This document shows positions 1 to 7,131 of a stretch of DNA of 39,637 bases, one piece after another. This stretch comes from a virus. The stretch's first letter is position 1. Each line of letters starts with the position of its first letter. The notes under the pieces were generated by a model that was not told the DNA's origin, made no database searches, and saw nothing but the letters and a program-made list of their open reading frames with translations. A program made the position numbers and the translations under genes. The DNA lies in IMG/VR virus record IMGVR_UViG_3300009826_000009, positions 1 to 39,637 of that record, one strand, 5' to 3'.

Positions 1-123
1 GAGCAGCTCGCGCGCCCAGCGCTCCGGTTGCCACACGGTGGCGATCTCGCGCGTGCCCTCCCGGACCTCGTGCCAGCGCCCGAGCGTTGCGCGCGCGCAA
101 CGCTCGAGGAAGCGCGCGACGGC
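1..123. repeat. Terminal redundancy, copy 1 (identical to 39515-39637)
   Basis: Read directly: gagcagctcgcgcgcccagcgctccgg...gaagcgcgcgacggc is present at both window ends. Confidence 0.97.
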
Positions 124-1389
124 CTGCTGGACGCCCAGTGGCGGCGCCGTGTCGGTCGGAGAGGCCTGCCCGCCGATTAGCACGTTGAGCGGCACGATCA
201 GCTGATCGCAGGAGGGATCATCGATACGCGGTCGATTCTGGATCGCGCGCGCCTCGTTGCGCGTCAGCCACGGTGCGCCGGTGGCTGTCTGCATGGCGCG
301 CGCCTGCTCCTCGAACGATCCCTTCAGCTTCTCGAGCAGGTTGAACTCGACGTATGCGTTGGAGGCCCTCAGCTCGCGCCAGTCGGGAATCAGCTGCTGC
401 TCGATGTCCTCCTCGATCCCCACACACCAGGGCGGCAGAGTGTCCTGGTAGACGCTGCGGTGCAGCTCGCGCACGTTTGAGAAGGTAGCGCGGTCCAGGA
501 TCCCGACAACCGGCTGGGGCACGTGATAGGCGGCCGCCACCTCCTCGCGCGTGAGCTTCTTGGCCTCCAGCCAGAGCGCGTCTCGGGGGCTGAAGTTGGC
601 GTTCTTCCACGTCATGCCGTCCTCCAACACCGGTGCGCCGCCCGCATCCGGCCCTGAGCCCGCCCATAGTGCGCGGAACTCCTTGCTGAAGCGCTGGCGG
701 GCGTGCTCAGACCACTCGGGCGCCTCCTTGGGTCGCTCGATCACCCCCGAGATACGCGCGCCGCGTTCCCACAGCTGCTCGCGGTATTCATCGGAGAGCA
801 TGTCCTCGATGAGGATCTGGCGCAGACTCTCTATAGGTGAGAGGCCGGTGCGACGATCGCCTGCGTTGTAACCCCGGAAGTGCACCACCTCGCGCGCCGG
901 CACGTTCTCGCCGCCATCTGAGCCGTGCAGGTGATAGCCCTCGGGTGAGAGCCAGTCCTCACCCAGCGGTTCGATCATGACCGGCGGCAGCGGTACCAGC
1001 ACCAGGCCGCCACCCCGCAGCCACACCTTGCGCCAGAAGGCGTTGTCATAGATGCACCGATCGGAGACGAGCGTTTCCAAGAACAGTGTCTTGGATAGCT
1101 TCTTATCCGCCGACCAGCCCAGCGGGTGGCGGATTGCGTGGGCGAGCTCGTGCTCGTCCTCGCGCTCGCGGTCAGTCTCGGATATGCGCTTGTACAGCGT
1201 GAGGTTCAGCTGGGCGATGTTGCGCGCCAGAAAACCGACCACCTTGCGCAGCTGCGGCTGGGTGCGCCAGATGGCGCCGTAGTCGGCCATCAGGTCCTGC
1301 CACGTGCGCGGCGCCCAGGAGCTCAGGTTGCGCGGCGGTTCGCCGCCGCCGAGCGCGGCCAGCGACCCGCCCGAGTAGATCACGGTCAC
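1..1389 (-). CDS. Portal protein (HK97-type), N-terminal 463 codons; continues across the circular junction to 39317
   Basis: Open minus frame from GTG 1389 (GTGA overlap with the upstream stop) runs off the window start and re-enters in frame at 39514. The translation (..GAPVLEDGMTWKN.., ..TREEVAAAYHVPQPVVGIL..) is portal-like. Gene order is terL-x-x-portal-protease-MCP. Confidence 0.85.
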   Translation of the reverse strand, partial: MTVIYSGGSLAALGGGEPPRNLSSWAPRTWQDLMADYGAIWRTQPQLRKVVGFLARNIAQLNLTLYKRISETDREREDEHELAHAIRHPLGWSADKKLSKTLFLETLVSDRCIYDNAFWRKVWLRGGGLVLVPLPPVMIEPLGEDWLSPEGYHLHGSDGGENVPAREVVHFRGYNAGDRRTGLSPIESLRQILIEDMLSDEYREQLWERGARISGVIERPKEAPEWSEHARQRFSKEFRALWAGSGPDAGGAPVLEDGMTWKNANFSPRDALWLEAKKLTREEVAAAYHVPQPVVGILDRATFSNVRELHRSVYQDTLPPWCVGIEEDIEQQLIPDWRELRASNAYVEFNLLEKLKGSFEEQARAMQTATGAPWLTRNEARAIQNRPRIDDPSCDQLIVPLNVLIGGQASPTDTAPPLGVQQAVARFLERCARATLGRWHEVREGTREIATVWQPERWARELL

Positions 1390-1634
1390 TCTGTCGCCAT
1401 CCCTTCAGTTGCGAAGCCGCCTGCCGGGATCACCTGCACGAATTCCACGCGTGCGCGGTCGAGCACGACCTCGCCGTCGATCGCGACGGTGTCTGAGCCG
1501 CGCTGCAGCAGTCGCACGTGGCGCAGTACCAGCAGCGGCCCGTCCGTCCTGAACAGCACGCCCTCGAACGACTTGCCCGTGTCGAGGTTGACGATCACCG
1601 AAGAGCGCCGCAGGGATCGCCAGCCGCCGATCAT
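1386..1634 (-). CDS. Hypothetical small beta-rich protein (82 aa), possibly Sm/LSm-like fold
   Basis: ATGA-coupled upstream and GTGA-coupled to portal; strand pattern VIVNLDTGKSFEGVLFRTDGPLLVLRHV...GEVVLDRARVEFVQVI. Confidence 0.7.
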   Translation of the reverse strand: MIGGWRSLRRSSVIVNLDTGKSFEGVLFRTDGPLLVLRHVRLLQRGSDTVAIDGEVVLDRARVEFVQVIPAGGFATEGMATE

Positions 1635-1822
1635 GAGTACGCCGGGAGTCCCAGCTCGCCGTCGATGACCACGATGTCCTCCCAGGCGCCGGCGTACTGC
1701 CAGTGGACGACCTCCACGGTTCCCGTGGCGGCGCGGATCTGTTCCTCGCCGAGATCACAAACGGCCACCCGCGCCTCGCGCGGGAGCGCCTCGAGCTTGG
1801 CGATCAGCTCCTGGACGGTCAT
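1631..1822 (-). CDS. Hypothetical protein (63 aa)
   Basis: Internal ATG overlaps the terL stop (ATGA); the longer 141-aa track ORF start lies inside terL. Confidence 0.65.
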   Translation of the reverse strand: MTVQELIAKLEALPREARVAVCDLGEEQIRAATGTVEVVHWQYAGAWEDIVVIDGELGLPAYS

Positions 1823-3435
1823 GCCGTCGCCAGCCCCCGGCTCTCGTACACCGAGCGGATCTCCGGCCCGGCCCGCAGCGCCCGGTCCAGCGCCATCACC
1901 GCGGCGACGCACCCGTCCACCTTGTCCGCTGAGCGGCCCTTGTCGATCTTGACGTTGCCCGCCGGGTCGGTGCGCACCCTGACATTGTCGATCATCCAGC
2001 GCATCACGGGGTTGCCGCCGTGACGATACCGCCCGCTTCGGATCAGGCCCTCCCACGCCTTCGTCGGGGCTGACATGCTCGCGAAGCCCTGACCGATCGG
2101 CACGACCTCGAGGCCGGCGTCCATCAGGATCTGGGAGAGCTGGGTCATCCCCCAGCGGTCATACCCGACCTCCTGGATGTCGTAGAGCTGCGCGTCCTCA
2201 TCGACGCCGGCGAGGATCGCCTGGTAGTCGATCACGTCGCCCGGCGTGAAGGTCAAAAAGCCCTGTCGCGCCCACACGCTCGCCTGCCCGCCGGTGCGCT
2301 CGTCGAGCTCTGGCTGGCGCGCCTGCGGCGCCCAGAATCTCCAGCGCGAGAAGAACGTCCGTTCGCCCTGCTCGTCAGGCTCAGAGCCGACCGTCACTTT
2401 CCACGCCGTCAGGTCCGTCGTGGAGGCGAGGTCCAGGCCGCCGTAGGCGCGCCCGACCATGTCCTCGTCTGAGACCAGGCCCGCGGTGGCGTCCCACACC
2501 GCCAGGTCCATCCAGCGCGTGACCGCCGCGATCCCCCAAGTCGCCAGGTCGTACTGGCGAAAGCGCTTGACCGCCGCCGGGTTGTTGCGGGCCTTGCGGT
2601 AGGCGACACGCAGCGCCGTGCGGCTCTTGAAGGCGCCCAGCGCCGGGTTGGCGAGCTTCCAGACCTTCGGATCGCTCCAGTCGGCCTCCTTGGGGGTGTT
2701 GCGGATGTAGCCGAACCGATGCCGATCCAGGTGGGGCTGGCGCAGCACCCGTTCGGTGTGGTCGTGCTCTTGGGTGCACAGCCCCAGCGGGTCGTCGCCC
2801 GGCGTGGTCGCGCCGATCATCAGCGGTTTGACGCGCGTTGACATCGAGCTCTCCAGCGTGTCCCACAGCTCGCGCGAGGGCTGGGTGAGCACCTCATCGA
2901 CGACCACGCCGTGGGGGTTGTGCCCGAAGTTCCCCGGGGCGTCGGCCGCGATGATCTCGTAGTAGCTGCCCGTGCGCGGGTCATAGATCCGCTTGGCCTG
3001 CTTGTAGATCTTCAGCCGTTTGGAGAGCGCGGGCGAGAGCTCGACCATCCGCTCGGCAACGTCGAAGACCTTGCGCGCCTGATCCTTGTCACACGCCGCG
3101 CCGTAGACCTCCGCGCCCTCCTCGTCGTCGGCGAAGGCCAGCACCAGCGCAAAGCCGGCGCACAGCTCCGACTTGCCGTTCTTGCCGCCCATCTCCAGCC
3201 ACGCCAGCCGGTAGCGGCGCACCCAGCATTTCCACTCGCTCGACCATTCGACCGTGCCGAACAGCGGCACGACGATGTCCTTGCGCTGCCATGGGCGAAG
3301 CTCAAACGGCGTGCGCGCCCAGCGCCCCTTGGTGTGCACCAGCAGGTCGCCGAACACGTCCACCACGCGCTGTGCACGCGGCTTGCAGACGTGCTCGCCG
3401 ACCTGATCGCAGCGGTCGCAGCGATGCGCGGCCAT
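1819..3435 (-). CDS. terL: Terminase large subunit
   Basis: 538 aa; Walker A-like GGKNGKS; terminase-type ATPase then nuclease region; located between terS and portal. Confidence 0.93.
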   Translation of the reverse strand: MAAHRCDRCDQVGEHVCKPRAQRVVDVFGDLLVHTKGRWARTPFELRPWQRKDIVVPLFGTVEWSSEWKCWVRRYRLAWLEMGGKNGKSELCAGFALVLAFADDEEGAEVYGAACDKDQARKVFDVAERMVELSPALSKRLKIYKQAKRIYDPRTGSYYEIIAADAPGNFGHNPHGVVVDEVLTQPSRELWDTLESSMSTRVKPLMIGATTPGDDPLGLCTQEHDHTERVLRQPHLDRHRFGYIRNTPKEADWSDPKVWKLANPALGAFKSRTALRVAYRKARNNPAAVKRFRQYDLATWGIAAVTRWMDLAVWDATAGLVSDEDMVGRAYGGLDLASTTDLTAWKVTVGSEPDEQGERTFFSRWRFWAPQARQPELDERTGGQASVWARQGFLTFTPGDVIDYQAILAGVDEDAQLYDIQEVGYDRWGMTQLSQILMDAGLEVVPIGQGFASMSAPTKAWEGLIRSGRYRHGGNPVMRWMIDNVRVRTDPAGNVKIDKGRSADKVDGCVAAVMALDRALRAGPEIRSVYESRGLATA

Positions 3436-3438
3436 TCA

Positions 3439-3686
3439 GGGCCCGCCCGTGGCGGAATCCCAGGCGAGCACGGGCGACCGTTCGGCACAGCTTCTGCGGC
3501 TGATCCCCGCAGGAGACCGGGTGGAAAGGGCCACCCGGTCACCGCCGAAAGGAGGTCTCGTGAGAGACCTGCTGCTCGCCTTGGCGACGTACGTGGCGAC
3601 CTTAGCCATCGCCACTCGCCGCTGAGGCAAGAGAGGGCCGGGATTCGCTCTCCCGGCTCTCTCGCCTGAGTGTACCGCGCGCACCG
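3439..3686. other. Hairpin-rich non-coding spacer between terS and terL (candidate structured RNA or small antisense locus)
   Basis: Five stems: 3444-3451/3469-3476, 3494-3499/3507-3512, 3515-3524/3531-3540 (perfect 10 bp), 3553-3559/3564-3570 (GTGA tetraloop), 3631-3643/3651-3661. No convincing long ORF. Confidence 0.6.
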
Positions 3687-4151
3687 TCAGCTCAGCAAGC
3701 GAGCTGCCGCCGCGGCACCCGGTTCGTCCAGGGCCTCCGGCGTGCCCAGCCGCGCGCGCGCCGCCGGCGAGAGCCCCAGCGCCAGCCCAAAGCGCGCGAT
3801 CCCCGCCAGCGCGTCGCGGCGGATCAGCACCCACGGGCTGCGGCGCGAGTTGCCGTTGGCGTCGTCGTGCAGGTAGCCGTCCTCCACCAGCGTGCGCTCG
3901 GCGCGCGCGAGCAGCGCCACGCTCGAGCAGAAGGCGGCGATCGTGTCGGCGTCGGCGGCGAACGCGAGCTGCATGCCAGCGAGCTCTGCCACGACACGGT
4001 CCCACACCTTGCGCGCCTCCGGCGTCAACCACTCGGGCGCCTGCGGCGGGCGCTCGTCGGGCTGGGGCTCGTTTCGCAGCCGCGACGGGCGTTTCTCGCC
4101 CTGCAGCACCTTCAGGCGGGTCGGCTTGGGAGCTGGGCCGCGTGAACCCAT
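3687..4151 (-). CDS. terS: Terminase small subunit (P27-family pattern)
   Basis: 154 aa from internal ATG 4151: MGSRGPAPKPTRLKVLQGEK...WLTPEARKVW...GLSPAARARL. The upstream part of the 212-aa track ORF is Arg-rich and unlike the family. Confidence 0.8.
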   Translation of the reverse strand: MGSRGPAPKPTRLKVLQGEKRPSRLRNEPQPDERPPQAPEWLTPEARKVWDRVVAELAGMQLAFAADADTIAAFCSSVALLARAERTLVEDGYLHDDANGNSRRSPWVLIRRDALAGIARFGLALGLSPAARARLGTPEALDEPGAAAAARLLS

Positions 4152-4183
4152 CCCCACAATCTTGACGCAAAACTCGGCCGCGG

Positions 4184-4726
4184 CTATCTCGGACCCGGGC
4201 GTGCGGCCACCGACGCCAATGCGCCGCGCGATTGCGACGCCCCTTCCCCGCCGCCGCGGCGAGCGAGCCGAGTCGGCGCGCGTCGGCGACGCGGCGGCGA
4301 TCGGTCGCGACGATGAGCAACGCATGGCGACCGCAGCGGCGGGCGAGCGGGCAGGCGGACACCCCCACTCGATCGCCGCCGCGCACGATCACGAGACTGT
4401 CCGTCGAGCTCGCCGAAGATCGCGCGCGCTTGCGCACACGTCACAGCGCGTGCCACGCGGGCGGCGCGGGCGGACGGATGCCTGGCAGCCATGGCACGCT
4501 TGGCCGCGGCTTGCGCGGCTTTCAACCGCGGCTGTTCGTCGCGCTTCGCGCGCGCTCGCAGCGCGGCGCGCTGTCCATCGTCGCGCACGAGCTCGATGGT
4601 CGCGCGCGCTTGGCTCGCTGCCAAGCTGTCGTCGCTGAGTTGTTCGTCGCTTTCAGATCTTCTCGCTTGACTCGTTCGCGTCGATGTTGCGCAACTCGTG
4701 CGCACAACAACGCCGCTTGAACTCAC
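4184..4726 (-). CDS. Uncertain ORF upstream of terS (possibly frameshifted or degenerate)
   Basis: Only long minus ORF between the cos-like region and terS; its TAG lies 33 nt before terS. The 4400-4660 part is charged/helical with high GC3, but below ~4400 the GC3 signal moves to the +1 frame. Start unclear. Confidence 0.3.
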   Translation of the reverse strand: MSSSGVVVRTSCATSTRTSQARRSESDEQLSDDSLAASQARATIELVRDDGQRAALRARAKRDEQPRLKAAQAAAKRAMAARHPSARAARVARAVTCAQARAIFGELDGQSRDRARRRSSGGVRLPARPPLRSPCVAHRRDRSPPRRRRAPTRLARRGGGEGASQSRGALASVAARPGPR

Positions 4727-4788
4727 GCGCTTGACTCGCGCGCGCTCTCTCTCACACGCCTGTCACCATTTTTGCGTCGCGCTGACTC
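4664..4788. repeat. Short direct-repeat cluster CGCT(T)GA(A)CTC x4 in the presumed cos/terS-binding region
   Basis: Copies at 4664-4674, 4714-4724, 4728-4738 and 4780-4788 within a pyrimidine-rich plus-strand stretch. Confidence 0.6.
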
Positions 4789-4883
4789 TCGCTGCTCGCT
4801 CGCTTCGCTCACTCACTCGATCACTGCTGCGACGCTCGCGCGCTGCGCTTGCTCTGCTCACGCTCGTTCGCGTGGCGTGCCCA

Positions 4884-5015
4884 GGGTGGGCGGGCGTGGG
4901 AGTGGGCGGGGGATGCACCCCGGGGCAAGGGGGCATAAGACCGGGGGGCTCGCCCGGGCATGAACCCCGGGGCTACAGCGGGGAGTGAACGGGGACTATC
5001 GACCAGGGGTGACGG
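4884..5015 (+). repeat. G-run array (G-quadruplex-type motif plus ~25-nt spaced GGGG units)
   Basis: GGGTGGGCGGGCGTGGGAGTGGGCGGGGG at 4884-4912, then gggggcataagaccgggggg, cccgggcatgaaccccgggg, cggggagtgaacgggg, caggggtgacggggg; two CCCCGGGG palindromes. Confidence 0.6.
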
Positions 5016-5019
5016 GGGC

Positions 5020-5772
5020 TTATCGCGCAGCGAGCAAGGCGGACAGCGCCGCGTCGATGCGGCGCAGCACCGGGCGCAGGTCCACGCGGCGGGTGGTGTC
5101 AACCACCAGATCAGCGCGCGCTGAGTGGTCGTAGCGCTCGGGGGTGTCGCGGTGGTAGAAGCCCGGGCGCTGTCGCAGGCGGCGTTGACGCAGGGACTCA
5201 TCGCAGCGGCAGTAGATCAGCAGTGCCAGCGGCCAGGCGGGCAGCGCGATCGACTCGACGATCAGCGGCCCGGCGTGCCGGTGTGCGTGATAGCCCAGCA
5301 GCCGCCAGTTGCCCTCCAGGTCGTCGATGTGCATCGTGGGGATGCCGGTCGCGGCCGACAGCCGCTTGGCCAGCTCGCTCTTGCCCGAGGCGGCGTAGCC
5401 GGTGATCGCGATGTGCGGGGCGGGACGATCGCCCTCGCGTGCACGGCGAGCTGCGCGCGCGCCCTCGGCACCGGTCTTGCGACGCGAGTGATAGGTGCAC
5501 AGCGACTGCAGCTGGTCGGGGTCGTCGCTGCCGCCTTCGGCGCGGGGGATGATGTGATCGACGACGTTGGCGGGGGCACCGCACACGACGCAGCGGAACT
5601 CGTCGCGCTGCAGGATCTGCCGGCGCAGCTTCTCGGGGATCGCTCTGCGGCTGCGGTAGGTGCTGGTGGCGAACGGCTCGCGCGGTGCGGTGTGCTCAGG
5701 GCAGCGCTCGCCAGGGCCCAGCCGCCGGCGACAGCCCGGTGCTGGACAGGGTCGACGCGGCGCCCAGGGCAT
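5020..5772 (-). CDS. HNH endonuclease fused to a P-loop kinase/NTPase-like domain
   Basis: 250 aa. The N-terminal half is Cys-rich with HNH motif VVDHIIPRAEGGSDDPDQLQSLCTYHSRRKT. The C-terminal half has Walker A GYAASGKS and MHIDD. It sits next to the cos-like region and terS, as in HK97-type phages. Confidence 0.85.
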   Translation of the reverse strand: MPWAPRRPCPAPGCRRRLGPGERCPEHTAPREPFATSTYRSRRAIPEKLRRQILQRDEFRCVVCGAPANVVDHIIPRAEGGSDDPDQLQSLCTYHSRRKTGAEGARAARRAREGDRPAPHIAITGYAASGKSELAKRLSAATGIPTMHIDDLEGNWRLLGYHAHRHAGPLIVESIALPAWPLALLIYCRCDESLRQRRLRQRPGFYHRDTPERYDHSARADLVVDTTRRVDLRPVLRRIDAALSALLAAR

Positions 5773-5777
5773 CCCGA

Positions 5778-6194
5778 TCAGGGTGGCGCAACGCCCGGGC
5801 TCTGCAGCATCTGCGTGGCGGTGAGGTAGAGCGCCTGGCGCTCTGAGAAGCCCTGACCCTGGAAGGCGTCAAACCAGCCACGCGCGGCACGTACGAGCTC
5901 AGGCGCGACCGCCGTCATCTGATCGATCGACGCGCGCAACGCGGCGAGCTGGTCGGCCGGGTCTGGGCTGGGGTCGTCTCTCATCCCGGCCACGTGAACG
6001 GACAGAGGTTGACGCGGCCAAGCGCCAGGAGACCGACCGCCTGCTCGAGTTCGAGGTCCAGCCTGTACCGAGCGCGCACGTACTGGCTCCTGGGGCTCGC
6101 CCTGCTCTCCGGGCTCGACGGGCTCGCTCTGCGGCTGCGCTGGGTCTACGGGCTGCTCTGCTGAGTCCTGCGGTGTGGTGTCCGATGTCTCCAT
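5778..6194 (-). CDS. Hypothetical protein (start uncertain; alternative ATG at 5984 gives 67 aa)
   Basis: 138-aa track ORF. The C-terminal 67 aa have good GC3. The N-terminal part is acidic/Pro-rich low complexity followed by a low-GC3 stretch. Confidence 0.5.
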   Translation of the reverse strand: METSDTTPQDSAEQPVDPAQPQSEPVEPGEQGEPQEPVRARSVQAGPRTRAGGRSPGAWPRQPLSVHVAGMRDDPSPDPADQLAALRASIDQMTAVAPELVRAARGWFDAFQGQGFSERQALYLTATQMLQSPGVAPP

Positions 6195-6238
6195 GCGTAC
6201 AGCCTAGGGCGTCGCCTACACGCTGCGCGCAGCGAGCT

Positions 6239-6442
6239 CTACGCGGCCGGCGTACGCCCGTGCTCGACGTACTGCTCCAGGGCCTCGCGCACGAGGTCGC
6301 TGACAGACTTGCCCTCGCGCTCGGCGCGCGCCCGCAGCCGCTCGGCCAGCGCCGGCGTGGTGCGGATGTTGAGCCGCGGCGACGACCCGCGACCCGAGAG
6401 TGACCGTCTGCCAATCGGTTGATCACTTGTAGACGTCGTCAC
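6239..6442 (-). CDS. Ribbon-helix-helix (CopG-like) protein, truncated paralog of the 7401-7670 antitoxin
   Basis: 67 aa, GTG start; PRLNIRTTPALAERLRARAEREGKSVSDLVREALEQYV; nt 6266-6412 are ~85% identical to 7407-7553. Confidence 0.75.
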   Translation of the reverse strand: MTTSTSDQPIGRRSLSGRGSSPRLNIRTTPALAERLRARAEREGKSVSDLVREALEQYVEHGRTPAA

Positions 6443-6647
6443 GGGACCCGATATTCGCCACGATGATTCTGCGCTGACGATCGTCGATCTCGAACAGCAC
6501 CCGCCAGCCGCCGACCCGCAGGCGGAACTCCGGTCTGTTCCGGAGCGGTCTCACATCGCCGCCGGGTAAACGCCCGAGCGCGACGCCAATCCGTTCGCGC
6601 TCGGTTCGTGGGAGCTTGCGCAGGGCCTTGCGCGCCGCCGAGGACAT
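6423..6647 (-). CDS. RelE/ParE-family toxin (N-terminally short)
   Basis: 74 aa from the first ATG; core FRLRVGGWRVLFEIDDRQRRIIVANIGSRDDVYK; the expected beta-1 residues (WSVE) are encoded upstream of the ATG. Confidence 0.75.
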   Translation of the reverse strand: MSSAARKALRKLPRTERERIGVALGRLPGGDVRPLRNRPEFRLRVGGWRVLFEIDDRQRRIIVANIGSRDDVYK

Positions 6648-6669
6648 CTCAACGGACCAGTTGGGCGAC

Positions 6670-6993
6670 TCACTCGGCAGCGCCCGGCTCCGCGAGGACC
6701 TCGGCCAGCGGCGTCGTTTCGCCGCGCTCGTACTCGCGTCTGGCCGCCTCGAGATCTGCCAGATCCTGCTCTGTGAGGGGCTCGTCATCAGGCACGGCAG
6801 AGCGGAGCGCAGAGAGGTGCGCGCGCACGATCACGGCCGCCAGATCGTTGGACGCAGCCGCCAGGGCGCTGAGCGCGCGCTCGAGCACGGTGAACCCCCG
6901 CTCGACCCAGAGATCAAGCGTCCTGCGCATGCGTGCCCCCGCCACTGGCGGACGCCCACCAGCAGATGGCGGAGATGGCGCTACCGACGACAT
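6670..6993 (-). CDS. Putative antitoxin partner of the RelE/ParE toxin
   Basis: 107 aa from ATG 6993, placed 7 nt after a CATAAT -10 (alternative ATG at 6930). Tail LTEQDLADLEAARREYERGETTPLAEVL. Immediately upstream of the toxin gene. Confidence 0.6.
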   Translation of the reverse strand: MSSVAPSPPSAGGRPPVAGARMRRTLDLWVERGFTVLERALSALAAASNDLAAVIVRAHLSALRSAVPDDEPLTEQDLADLEAARREYERGETTPLAEVLAEPGAAE

Positions 6994-6996
6994 GCT

Positions 6997-7019
6997 CCCC
7001 ATTATGTCAGACAAAACCC
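6997..7019 (-). promoter_or_regulatory. Extended -10 promoter (TGACATAAT), copy 1 of a duplicated 23-nt element
   Basis: ccccattatgtcagacaaaaccc matches 7934-7956 at 22/23 positions; the -10 ends 7 nt before ATG 6993 (leaderless geometry). Confidence 0.55.
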
Positions 7020-7131
7020 GGGCCCCGCGCAGACGGCCCGCCCCCGCAGGGGCACGGGGACGGGACGCCAGCATGGGAGTGAGAGCCGGCGAGAGGGAGA
7101 TGCCGGCACCCACGGGGAGGAGGCACGCACA

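Noticed and set aside
218-871. Track ORFs 218-667 (minus) and 551-871 (plus) inside the portal region.
   Set aside because: They are off-frame or antisense to the open portal reading frame, which has clear portal-like sequence. Their products are Arg/Gly/Ser-rich junk.
3436-3609. 57-aa minus-strand ORF (MAKVATYVAKASS...) filling the terS-terL spacer.
   Set aside because: GC3 is only ~77%, with many rare codons after codon 14. The RBS is weak, and the sequence is better explained by consecutive hairpins. It is kept as the alternative hypothesis in the spacer finding.
3436-4437. 333-aa minus ORF covering the terS-terL spacer, all of terS and beyond.
   Set aside because: It is out of frame with the clearly P27-like terS, and its product is low-complexity Arg/Ala-rich. 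It is open only because of GC content. Its 4230-4437 part is discussed separately as an ambiguous coding signal.
5994-6164. Plus-strand 56-codon Leu-rich hydrophobic ORF with ~96% GC3 in its 3' half.
   Set aside because: It is codon-for-codon antisense to the acidic E/Q/P-rich N-terminal part of the 5778-6194 minus ORF; GAG/CAG/CCC codons mirror as CTC/CTG/GGG. There is no RBS, and the case cannot be decided from sequence, so it is not reported as a feature.
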